From Octopus sinensis (Eukaryota), in the NCBI RefSeq assembly GCF_006345805.1, contig NC_042998.1, forward strand, positions 142,414,001 to 142,478,000: a DNA stretch of 64,000 nt, written 5' to 3'. Every line of letters starts with the position of its first letter. Position 1 is the first letter of the stretch. Of the stretch, positions 63,567-64,000 are shown piece after piece. A program made the translations under genes and the position numbers. The notes under the pieces were generated by a model. The model was not told the DNA's origin and searched no databases. It saw nothing but the letters and a program-made list of their open reading frames with translations.

Positions 63567-64000
63567 TATGCATACGTCAGTGTGTGTGTGTGTATGAATG
63601 GATGGATGGATGGGTGGGTGGTTGCTTGGGGCAGTTGGAGAGATTAGCCTGTTTTTATATACATATTCGTGCGAATTTTTTCTTATTGCATGACCTGTGT
63701 AACAATGTAAGAAAGATAACTCTTATAGGTCTCGTGTAAAAATCAAATGTATTGTAAAGAGTTGTCTAACATTAGCGATTAGACAAGATTGTTTACTTTT
63801 TTTTTTTACTTTCATTAATTTTTTTAAATCAGTAAATTTATTATTTTTCATTCACTTATTCATTAATAGGCGTCCAAAAAGATATAGAAAGTAAATGAAT
63901 ACATCTATTTATATTTAATTTCATCATTGTTTTTTATGCATCAAATCAGCGGAATTTGAACTCAAAACAAAAAAAAGATGGACGAAATGCCACTAAGCAT

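Overview
AT-rich, microsatellite-dense eukaryotic DNA. The tRNA-derived SINE families and repeat landscape point to an octopus or other coleoid cephalopod (inference). I found no host protein-coding exon, and nearly all ORFs in the track are translated microsatellites or transposon debris. Four things stand out. (1) A head-to-tail array of four ~445-bp units (7102-8930), each carrying a type I hammerhead ribozyme, which is the layout of a Penelope-derived non-LTR retrozyme able to yield small circular RNAs. (2) A full-length ~6-kb Tx1/L1-clade retrotransposon (31657-37706, minus strand) and two 5'-truncated copies, all inserted in phase into (TATC)n/(GATA)n. One tRNA-SINE carries this element's 3' tail. 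(3) Several more minimal hammerhead variants in Penelope-like fragments, including an inverted pair with a U3-A8 compensatory core. (4) A histone H1 globular-domain fragment lying antisense inside a mariner transposase. The rest is decayed R4/Dong, RTE, Penelope, mariner/maT, Chapaev-like and Helitron elements, MITEs and SINEs. Many single-base indels in short homopolymers suggest residual long-read error, so some frameshifts may be artefacts. All alignments and folds were done by eye.
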